From: Bacillota bacterium
GTDB taxonomy: Bacteria > Bacillota > Clostridia > Christensenellales > Borkfalkiaceae
NCBI GenBank assembly: GCA_003343995.1
Contig: QAKE01000021.1
Span: forward strand, 1,284 to 65,283
Direction: 5' to 3'
Length of the DNA: 64,000 nucleotides
The notes beneath the pieces are model-generated. The model had not been told where the DNA came from, made no database searches, and saw only the letters and a program-made list of their open reading frames with translations. Below are positions 29,037 to 36,152 of this stretch, in pieces. The first letter of the stretch is position 1. Each line of letters opens with the position of its first letter. Made by a program: the position numbers and the translations under genes.

Positions 29037-31282
29037 AAAAATTCGCTTTAGCGGGCAACCCGAACTGCGGCAAAACCACGCTTTTCAACCTGCTCACCGG
29101 CTCGACCGCGTATGTGGGCAACTGGCCGGGCGTTACCGTGGATAAGCGGGAAGGCGTGTATAAAAAACTTTCCGAGCCGCTGCAAATCGTCGATCTGCCC
29201 GGCATTTATTCCCTTTCGCCCTACACGCCGGAAGAGGTCGTTTCCCGCAATTTTCTGCTCGACGAGCGCCCCGACTGCGTGATCAACATCGTTGACGCGA
29301 CCAACCTCGAACGCAACCTCTATCTGACGACGCAGCTTTTGGAAATCGACGTGCCCGTCGTCATCGCCCTCAACATGATGGACGAGGTGGAGAAGGCGGG
29401 CGACGGGCTGGACGTGAAGGCGCTGGAGCAAAAGCTCGGCGTGCCCGTCGCGGCGATTTCCGCGCTGAAGGGCACGGGCGTGCACGAGCTGATGAAGCGC
29501 GCTTACGAAACGTGCGCCACGCAGAAAAAGGGCTTTACCGTGCTGAAAAATTCGCCGCTCGCCCATCTCGTGAACGACGTGAGGATCGCCCTCGATGGCA
29601 AAGGCGTGCAAAACGCCCTTTTCCACGCGGTGAAGCTTGCGGAAAAGGACGAAATCGAAGCGAGTATGCACCCCGACGCGCTGAAAATGGTGGAGGATTT
29701 CAAAAACACCTTTTCCGACAAGACGTTCGGCGGGGATTTCGAGGCGCTCGTTGCCGACGCGCGCTATAAATACATATCGGCTAATTTTTCTTCGGTTTAT
29801 ACCAAAAAGGGGGAAAAGGGCGCGCTGACGAAATCGGATAAAGCCGACAAAGTGCTCACGCACCGCATCTGTAGTATTCCGATATTTCTGGCGATACTGT
29901 TCGCCATCTTTCACGTGACGTTTTCGGAAAACTTCCTCTTTCTGGGCGGGCTGTTTCCCGAAGATTGGGATCCGCTTGCGGGCACGATGTTCGAAGGGGT
30001 GTTTTTCGGCGGCGCCATCTATTCGCCCGTCGTGATGATATTCAACCTTTGGAACGACGTGATCATCGCGCAGCTGTTCGGCTGGATCGGGCAGGGGCTG
30101 GAGGCGACGGGCATGGCTCCGTGGGCGTTCGGACTGTTGAACGACGGCGTGCTCGGCGGGCTTTCCGCGGTGCTGTCCTTCCTGCCGCAGATACTGTTTC
30201 TGTTTTTATTCTTCTCCATTTTGGAAGACAGCGGCTATATGGCGCGCGTGGCGTTCATTCTCGATAGAATTTTCCGTAAATTCGGGCTTTCGGGCAGGGC
30301 GTTCATGCCGATGATCATGGGGTTCGGCTGTTCGGTGCCCGCCATGACCAACACCCGCACGCTGGCGGACGAAAAGGAGCGCACGGCAACCATCCGCGTG
30401 ATTCCCTTTTTCAGCTGCGGCGCGAAGCTGCCCATTCTCACCGCCATCGCGGGGGCGATTGCCGTTTCTTCCGACCTCGGCAGTCCGGACCTCATCACGT
30501 ATTCGATGTACCTTTTGGGCATTTTGGTGGCGATATTCTCCGTTGTGCTCATGCGCAGCACCACGTTAAAGGGCGAAACGCCGCCCTTCGTGATGGAGCT
30601 TCCCGCTTATCACGCGCCGCGTTTTTCCTCGCTGATGATCCACCTTTGGGATAAGGCGAAGCATTTCGTCAAAAAGGCGTTTACCATTATTCTCGCGTCG
30701 GTGATCGTCATTTGGTTTCTTTCCAACTTTACGTGGAGCTGGACGTTGGTCGGCGGGGAAGAACACTTAAATCAATCGATTCTCGCTTCCTTGGGGCAGT
30801 TCGTGCAGCCGATCTTCACGCCGCTCGGGTTCGGTTCTCAGCTCAACGAATACGGTTGGGTGTTCGCGGTGGCGGCGATTACGGGGCTTTTGGCTAAGGA
30901 GGACGTCATCGGCACGTTCGGAACGCTTGCGGCGGTGTTCGTGGGCGCGGTAATCGATACCGAGGCGGACGGCGGGCTTGCCGCCGTGCAGGCGATGATT
31001 GCCGGAACGGGCATCACCGTGCCCGCGCTGATCGCGTTTATCGCCTTCAACATGCTCACCATTCCTTGTTTTGCGGCGGTGGCAACGGCAAAGGCGGAAT
31101 TGCCGAGCAAGCGCACGTTCCGTTTTACCCTGCTTTTTTGGATAGCAACGTCCTATATCGTGGCGGCGGCGATTTACGTTATCGGCAGCTGGTGGTGGAC
31201 GTGCTTTATCTGGGCGGCGGCGCTTGCCGCGGCAATCGCGGGCATTGCGATTTATCGTAAAAAAGAAACTATAAAGGTGTAA
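29033..31282 (+). CDS. feoB: Ferrous iron transporter FeoB
   Basis: 749 aa with a G domain (GNPNCGKTTLFN, DLPGIYSL, NMMD) plus a permease domain. Paralogue of the gene at 154..2325. Confidence 0.95.
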   Translation: MKKFALAGNPNCGKTTLFNLLTGSTAYVGNWPGVTVDKREGVYKKLSEPLQIVDLPGIYSLSPYTPEEVVSRNFLLDERPDCVINIVDATNLERNLYLTTQLLEIDVPVVIALNMMDEVEKAGDGLDVKALEQKLGVPVAAISALKGTGVHELMKRAYETCATQKKGFTVLKNSPLAHLVNDVRIALDGKGVQNALFHAVKLAEKDEIEASMHPDALKMVEDFKNTFSDKTFGGDFEALVADARYKYISANFSSVYTKKGEKGALTKSDKADKVLTHRICSIPIFLAILFAIFHVTFSENFLFLGGLFPEDWDPLAGTMFEGVFFGGAIYSPVVMIFNLWNDVIIAQLFGWIGQGLEATGMAPWAFGLLNDGVLGGLSAVLSFLPQILFLFLFFSILEDSGYMARVAFILDRIFRKFGLSGRAFMPMIMGFGCSVPAMTNTRTLADEKERTATIRVIPFFSCGAKLPILTAIAGAIAVSSDLGSPDLITYSMYLLGILVAIFSVVLMRSTTLKGETPPFVMELPAYHAPRFSSLMIHLWDKAKHFVKKAFTIILASVIVIWFLSNFTWSWTLVGGEEHLNQSILASLGQFVQPIFTPLGFGSQLNEYGWVFAVAAITGLLAKEDVIGTFGTLAAVFVGAVIDTEADGGLAAVQAMIAGTGITVPALIAFIAFNMLTIPCFAAVATAKAELPSKRTFRFTLLFWIATSYIVAAAIYVIGSWWWTCFIWAAALAAAIAGIAIYRKKETIKV

Positions 31283-31284
31283 AT

Positions 31285-31452
31285 ATGGGCATTTGGGAAA
31301 TTATCGTAATCATCGCGGCGGCGGGAATCGTCGCGGGGGTGATTGCAAAGAGCGTATGGAACAAGAAGCATAAAAAAGGCGGGTGCTGCGGGGACTGTTC
31401 TCATTGCAGCGCCTGCGCAGCGGCAAAAAAATCGGAAAATCCTCAAAAATAA
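31285..31452 (+). CDS. FeoB-associated Cys-rich small membrane protein (55 aa), not in the ORF track
   Basis: The ATG lies 3 nt after the feoB stop. Translates to MGIWEIIVIIAAAGIVAGVIAKSVWNKKHKKGGCCGDCSHCSACAAAKKSENPQK*, one TM helix plus a CxxC-rich tail. Confidence 0.7.
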   Translation: MGIWEIIVIIAAAGIVAGVIAKSVWNKKHKKGGCCGDCSHCSACAAAKKSENPQK

Positions 31453-31460
31453 TTTGCAAA

Positions 31461-31498
31461 CAAGAAAGCGGCGCCGAATTTCGGCGCCGCTTTCTTGC
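31461..31498 (+). terminator. Perfect 38-nt palindrome (hairpin) after the feo operon
   Basis: CAAGAAAGCGGCGCCGAAA/TTTCGGCGCCGCTTTCTTG with no U-tract. Confidence 0.45.
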
Positions 31499-31517
31499 GG
31501 TAAACGCGCTTTTGATG

Positions 31518-31555
31518 AAAAAAATAACCGCCCCTTAGCCACGGCGGTTATTTTT
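31518..31555. terminator. Bidirectional intrinsic terminator
   Basis: A-run, AATAACCGCC-(10-nt loop)-GGCGGTTATT, T-run. Lies between the feo operon and the convergent XRE gene. Confidence 0.55.
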
Positions 31556-31663
31556 AATAAATAACCCATAAGCTAACCGTTTATCGGTCTCGCCCTTGTG
31601 TCTGTATCCTACACCATAATAATAATTTTGTCAATAGTCTGCGGAAATTTTTTCGCGGATTTT

Positions 31664-31951
31664 TTATTTGCTTTTCGGCATTTTACCGTAAAATTCGGGA
31701 GGGATAGGAATTTCATCGGTAAATTCTTTAAAAAAATCTTCATAAGAAACATCGAAGATAATCTTTAAAGCAACCAATTCGCAAATTTTTATATTCAAAC
31801 GATTTGTTTCGATTTTTGCATAAGAACTTTTTGAAATGGGTACTTGCAATAAATTCATTTTTGCAATCACTTTGTCCTGCGTTAAATTTTTACTTTTTCT
31901 TATTCGTTGGATAGTAGATCCGAGATTAAAATCGTGTCGTATTTTCTGCAT
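31664..31951 (-). CDS. XRE-family HTH transcriptional regulator (95 aa)
   Basis: IQRIRKSKNLTQDKVIAKMNLLQVPISKSSYAKIETN HTH_3 pattern in an AT-rich segment. Divergent from the gene at 32082..32480. Confidence 0.75.
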   Translation of the reverse strand: MQKIRHDFNLGSTIQRIRKSKNLTQDKVIAKMNLLQVPISKSSYAKIETNRLNIKICELVALKIIFDVSYEDFFKEFTDEIPIPPEFYGKMPKSK

Positions 31952-31995
31952 TTTGAAAAACCTCCGAAAAATTTCTTAATAACGAATTATTTTAC

Positions 31996-32052
31996 TTGAT
32001 TTTACACTATTTTTCTGTTAAAATGTTTCGTGATAAGGAAATATTTCCTTAT
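31996..32052 (+). promoter_or_regulatory. Promoter plus a perfect 20-bp palindromic operator in the divergent intergenic region
   Basis: TTGATT (31996..32001), 17-nt spacer, TAAAAT (32019..32024), then ATAAGGAAAT/ATTTCCTTAT (32033..32052), a perfect inverted repeat. Confidence 0.45.
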
Positions 32053-32081
32053 AGCGAAATAATTTTTTCAAGGAGAAAAAT

Positions 32082-32480
32082 ATGGAAGACATGAAATCGT
32101 TAGGTGTAGACTACAAAAATAAGCTCGCTCAAAATTTGCAGCTGCTTTACAAAATGTGCGGAGAATATGATAAAAAACTGATAGAAAAAACTTTTCGCCG
32201 CGCAAAACTTCAAGATTGCGTGCGCATGATGATCATCAGCACGGCGTTCGATTTCAAAAATATCTTTTTGGCGATTTTGGCGCAGACGGAAAGCCGCTCC
32301 GAAAAAATAATCGAACAGCTGTCGCTTGTCGAAAAGGATTACGCGACGGTCAAACGTTGGGTAGATACGTTTATCGACGGCATTAAAGATCCGATCCTGC
32401 GCGAGGTAGCGCAGGAAATGTGGCGGGAAAAGCAAGAACGTTTTTCCGAAAAAGATTATTCCTTTTCCAAACTCTTTTAA
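32082..32480 (+). CDS. Hypothetical all-helical protein (132 aa), no family recognised
   Basis: SD AAGGAGA 7 nt upstream. AT-rich codon usage like the adjacent XRE gene. No recognisable motifs. Confidence 0.55.
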   Translation: MEDMKSLGVDYKNKLAQNLQLLYKMCGEYDKKLIEKTFRRAKLQDCVRMMIISTAFDFKNIFLAILAQTESRSEKIIEQLSLVEKDYATVKRWVDTFIDGIKDPILREVAQEMWREKQERFSEKDYSFSKLF

Positions 32481-32511
32481 AATTTTTTCTACCTTTTCTG
32501 TAAAAAAACGG

Positions 32512-32567
32512 TTGACAGTTTTTAAAAACCGTATTATAATTCAATTGCAACCGCGCAAGTTGCAATT
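32512..32567 (+). promoter_or_regulatory. Consensus promoter of copA with an overlapping 9-7-9 inverted repeat (candidate operator)
   Basis: TTGACA (32512..32517), 17-nt spacer, TATAAT (32535..32540), then AATTGCAAC-ccgcgcaa-GTTGCAATT spanning 32543..32567 around the expected +1. Confidence 0.5.
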
Positions 32568-32609
32568 AAGCGCGTTATAAAAAATCAGCCGTAAGGAGAA
32601 TATTATGGA

Positions 32610-35105
32610 ATGAAGGAAAAATTCGATGTAAGCGGCATGACGTGTTCGGCGTGTTCCGCGCACGTGGAAAAGGCGGTGAGCGGCGTGGAGGGGGTAACCT
32701 CCTGTCAGGTGAATTTGCTCACCAATTCCATGGTGGCGGAATTTGACGACGCCGCCGTGGAAGAAAATATCATAAAGGCAGTAAAGTCCGCCGGATACGG
32801 CGCGAGCCGCGCGGGCGAGGGGAAAGCCGCGCCGAAAAAGGCGGAAAAAACCGAAAGCGAAGGGCTTGCGCCCCTCATCGTTTCCATCGTGTTGCTCGTG
32901 CTTTTAATGTACGTCGGCATGGGGCACATGGTGGGGATTCCTTTGCCCGCGTTTTTCGAGGGCACGCAAAACGCCGTCAGTTTCGCATTCGTGCAGCTGC
33001 TGCTCACCCTGCCCGTGGTGTACATTTACCGCAAATATTTCATCAACGGCTATAAACGGCTGTTCGCCCGCGCGCCCAATATGGATACGCTTATCGCGGT
33101 GAGCGCCACCGCCTCTTTGATATACGGCATCGCGGCGATATTCATCATGAGTTATCACCTCGGTGCGGGAAATTTGGAAATCGTGGACGAATACCGCCAC
33201 CAGCTGTATTTTGAAAGCGCGGCGATGATTTTAACCTTTATTTCCATCGGAAAATTTCTGGAAGGCAAATCGAAAAAGCGCACCACCGAGGCGATCAGCC
33301 GCCTCGTGGCGCTCGCGCCCGACACGGCGACGCTCCTCGTCGACGGGGAGGAAAAAACCGTGCCCGTTTCCGAATTGAAGGTCGGCGACGCGGTGCTGGT
33401 TCGCCCCGGTGAAAAAATCGGCGCGGACGGCGTTGTGGAAAGCGGGGAAAGCTACGTGGACGAATCGCTTTTGACGGGCGAAAGCATGCCCGTCAAAAAG
33501 GCGGTCGGCGGCAAGGTGGTCGCGGGCGCGATCAATAAAAACGGCGCGCTCACCGTGCGCGTGGAAAAGGTGGGGGAAGACACCGCCCTTTCCAAAATCA
33601 TTTCGTTGGTGGAGGAGGCTGCCTCCTCCAAAGCGCCCATCGCCAAGCTCGCCGACAAGGTGGCGGGGGTGTTCGTGCCCGTCGTCATGGCGGTCGCGCT
33701 CGTCGCTTTCGCCGTATGGCTCATCGCAGGCTACGGGTTCGAGTTCGCCTTCAACATCGGCGTTTCGGTGCTCGTCATCTCCTGCCCGTGCGCGCTGGGG
33801 CTCGCTACCCCCGTGGCGATCATGGTGGCAACGGGCAAGGGCGCGGAAAACGGCGTGCTCATCAAATCGGGCGAGGCTTTGGAAATTTTAAGCGGCGCGA
33901 ACGTCGTGGCGTTCGATAAAACCGGCACGATTACCGAAGGCAAACCCGCCGTCACCGACGCCCGCTTTTTCGGGGAAGAAGGGGAAATCCTCGCCGCCGC
34001 GGCGGCTTTGGAAAGTTACAGCGAGCACCCTCTCGCGGAGGCGATCGTGCGTTACGCGGAGGGGAAAAATATAACGTATTCCAAGGCGGATAACTTCCTT
34101 TCCCATTCGGGCAAGGGCGTTTCGGGAAGCGTGAACGGAAAAACCTATTATATAGGGAGCGCGAAATTCGTTGCCGCCTACGCGGCGGACCTCGGCGAAC
34201 GGGCGGACCTGCTCGGCGAATACGCGGCGCAGGGAAAAACGCCCGTCGTGCTCGCCTGCGAAAACCGCGTTGCGGCGGCGTTCGCCATTGCGGATACCGT
34301 CAAGGAAGGGAGCGCCGCCGCCATCGCTCGGCTGAAAGCCATGGGCAAGCGGGTGGTGATGCTCACCGGCGACAACCGCGCGACGGCGGAGGCGGTGGCG
34401 AAGAGCGTGGGCATCGAAGAGGTGCGCGCCGAAGTGCTGCCGGAAGATAAAGCGGCGGCGGTTTCCGCGCTGAAGCAAGGGGGCAGAGTGGTGTTCGTGG
34501 GCGACGGCGTGAACGACGCGCCCGCGCTGGCGGCGGCGGATGTCGGCGTGGCGCTGGGCGCGGGGACGGACGTCGCCATCGAAAGCGCCGACGTCGTGCT
34601 CATGAAAAACGATTTGAACGACGTCGTTACCGCCTTCCGCCTGAGCAGGGCGGCGGTGCGCAACGTCAAGCAGAATCTGTTTTGGGCGTTTTTCTATAAC
34701 GCGCTGGGGATTCCCTTCGCGGCGGGCGCGCTGTATCCCTTTTTCGGGCTGCGCCTCAGCCCGATGATCGGCTCGCTGTGCATGAGCCTTTCGAGCGTGT
34801 GCGTCGTGCTTAACGCGCTGAGATTGAAATTTTTTAAGCCGGAAAACAAACTTACGGCGAAAAAAGGAGGAGAAGATATGTTATTTAACAAAAACAAGGG
34901 CAAGAGCGAAGTGAAAATCGAGGGCATGAAGTGCGAGCATTGCAGCGCGCATGCGGAAAAGGCGCTCAAATCGCTGGGGCTGGACGTCGCCGTCGATCTC
35001 AAAAAGAAAGCGGCGTATTTCGCGCCGGACGAAAGCGTTTCCGACGACGCCATCCGCGCCGCGATCGCCGAGGCGGGATATACCGTTACGGAAATCAAAC
35101 GCTGA
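32610..35105 (+). CDS. copA: Copper-translocating P1B-type ATPase with N-terminal and extra C-terminal HMA domains
   Basis: N-terminal GMTCSACSAHVEKAV, TM CPC motif (SCPCALGLATP), DKTGTIT phosphorylation site and GDGVNDAPAL. The C-terminal ~74 aa form a second HMA domain (EGMKCEHCSAHAEKAL). Confidence 0.95.
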   Translation: MKEKFDVSGMTCSACSAHVEKAVSGVEGVTSCQVNLLTNSMVAEFDDAAVEENIIKAVKSAGYGASRAGEGKAAPKKAEKTESEGLAPLIVSIVLLVLLMYVGMGHMVGIPLPAFFEGTQNAVSFAFVQLLLTLPVVYIYRKYFINGYKRLFARAPNMDTLIAVSATASLIYGIAAIFIMSYHLGAGNLEIVDEYRHQLYFESAAMILTFISIGKFLEGKSKKRTTEAISRLVALAPDTATLLVDGEEKTVPVSELKVGDAVLVRPGEKIGADGVVESGESYVDESLLTGESMPVKKAVGGKVVAGAINKNGALTVRVEKVGEDTALSKIISLVEEAASSKAPIAKLADKVAGVFVPVVMAVALVAFAVWLIAGYGFEFAFNIGVSVLVISCPCALGLATPVAIMVATGKGAENGVLIKSGEALEILSGANVVAFDKTGTITEGKPAVTDARFFGEEGEILAAAAALESYSEHPLAEAIVRYAEGKNITYSKADNFLSHSGKGVSGSVNGKTYYIGSAKFVAAYAADLGERADLLGEYAAQGKTPVVLACENRVAAAFAIADTVKEGSAAAIARLKAMGKRVVMLTGDNRATAEAVAKSVGIEEVRAEVLPEDKAAAVSALKQGGRVVFVGDGVNDAPALAAADVGVALGAGTDVAIESADVVLMKNDLNDVVTAFRLSRAAVRNVKQNLFWAFFYNALGIPFAAGALYPFFGLRLSPMIGSLCMSLSSVCVVLNALRLKFFKPENKLTAKKGGEDMLFNKNKGKSEVKIEGMKCEHCSAHAEKALKSLGLDVAVDLKKKAAYFAPDESVSDDAIRAAIAEAGYTVTEIKR

Positions 35106-35128
35106 AAAAACAATCGAATAACTTTGCC

Positions 35129-35166
35129 GTGCGCGCCGCATTTTTTTGCGGCGCGCATATTTTTTG
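35129..35166 (+). terminator. Intrinsic terminator after copA
   Basis: GTGCGCGCCGC-(A T7)-GCGGCGCGCAT hairpin followed by a T-run. Confidence 0.6.
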
Positions 35167-35171
35167 GGCAA

Positions 35172-35235
35172 ATACAATTTTTTTACATTTTTGTTACAAC
35201 TTTCGGGGCGGGATATTACAAGCGACTGCTAAAAT
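35172..35235 (+). promoter_or_regulatory. Pho-box-like phased TTACA repeats plus a -10 element upstream of pstS
   Basis: ATACA, TTACA, TTACA and TTACA end at 35176, 35187, 35198 and 35220 (11-, 11- and 22-bp phasing). TAAAAT lies at 35230..35235. Confidence 0.45.
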
Positions 35236-35264
35236 AGAGTCAACAAAGCAAAAGGAGTAAAAAA

Positions 35265-36146
35265 ATGAAAAAACTGTTGGTTTTGATTGTAGCGGCAATG
35301 CTTGCCGTTACGGGCGTTGCGGCAACCGGCTGCAACAAAGGCGAAAAAGAGATCCTCGTGGTGATGAGAGAATCGGGCAGCGGCACGCGCGAAGCGTTTG
35401 AAAAAGTCGTTAAAAAGGACGGCGTTTCTCTGGAAAAGATCAGCAAGGGCGAAACGGTAGAGTATTCCTTCGTGACCAACCGTCAGGAACTGCCCAAGAC
35501 TTCCGACGTGATCACCTCCGTTCAGTCCAACGAAAACGCGATCGGCTACGTGTCCCTCGCTTCCGTGAGCAGCGACGTGAAGGCGCTGAAAGTGGAAGGC
35601 GTGGAAGCCAACGTCGCAAACGTGCAGAGCGGCAGTTACAAAATTCAGCGCCCCTTCCTGCTGCTGACGCGTGCGGACGAAGTGATGACGGACGCGGCGC
35701 GCGACTTCTTTAATTTCTGCATGAGCTCCGACGTGCTCGACACCATCGACGAAGAAGGGCTCATTCAGGATCCGAACAGAACGCCCGCGGCGTATGCGGC
35801 GGCGGGAAGCCTCGGCGGCACGATCAACGTGACGGGTTCCACGTCCATGACGGACGTGATGACGAAGCTCATCGCGCAGTATAAGCTTCAACAGCCTAAC
35901 TTGACGATCAATCCGACCTATCCCGGTTCGGGCGGCGGCAGAACGGCGGTGGAGCAGGACGCCACGGGCGCGACCATCGGCCTCGCCAGCTCGTCCAGCC
36001 CGAAGAGCGCCTATACGGAAAACACGCTGTGTCTCGACGCGGTTGCCGTCATCGTCAATCCCGCCAACGAAATGACCGATATCACGATTCTCAATCTCTT
36101 CGATATCTACACCGGCACGATCAAAAAGTTCAGCGAAATCAAGTAA
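35265..36146 (+). CDS. pstS: Phosphate ABC transporter substrate-binding lipoprotein PstS (motif order permuted)
   Basis: Lipobox AATGC. PstS/PBP_like_2 motifs RESGSGTREAF, AIGYVSL, VKALKVEGV, YKIQRPF, GSTSM, GSGGG and AVAVIVNP are all present. Located at the head of pstCA-pstB-phoU. Confidence 0.88.
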   Translation: MKKLLVLIVAAMLAVTGVAATGCNKGEKEILVVMRESGSGTREAFEKVVKKDGVSLEKISKGETVEYSFVTNRQELPKTSDVITSVQSNENAIGYVSLASVSSDVKALKVEGVEANVANVQSGSYKIQRPFLLLTRADEVMTDAARDFFNFCMSSDVLDTIDEEGLIQDPNRTPAAYAAAGSLGGTINVTGSTSMTDVMTKLIAQYKLQQPNLTINPTYPGSGGGRTAVEQDATGATIGLASSSSPKSAYTENTLCLDAVAVIVNPANEMTDITILNLFDIYTGTIKKFSEIK

Positions 36147-36152
36147 TGTTTT

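Noticed and set aside
31461-31498. Perfect 38-nt palindrome considered as a mobile-element end or recombination site at the border of the AT-rich islet.
   Set aside because: There is a single copy in the window with no matching repeat on the other side of the islet. It sits exactly where the feo operon terminator is expected. It is interpreted as a transcription terminator or RNA-stabilising hairpin.
32605-32613. Mini-ORF ATGGAATGA (Met-Glu-stop) overlapping the copA start.
   Set aside because: It is only two codons and is most likely coincidental. The copA ATG at 32610 has the appropriate SD (AAGGAGA) spacing.
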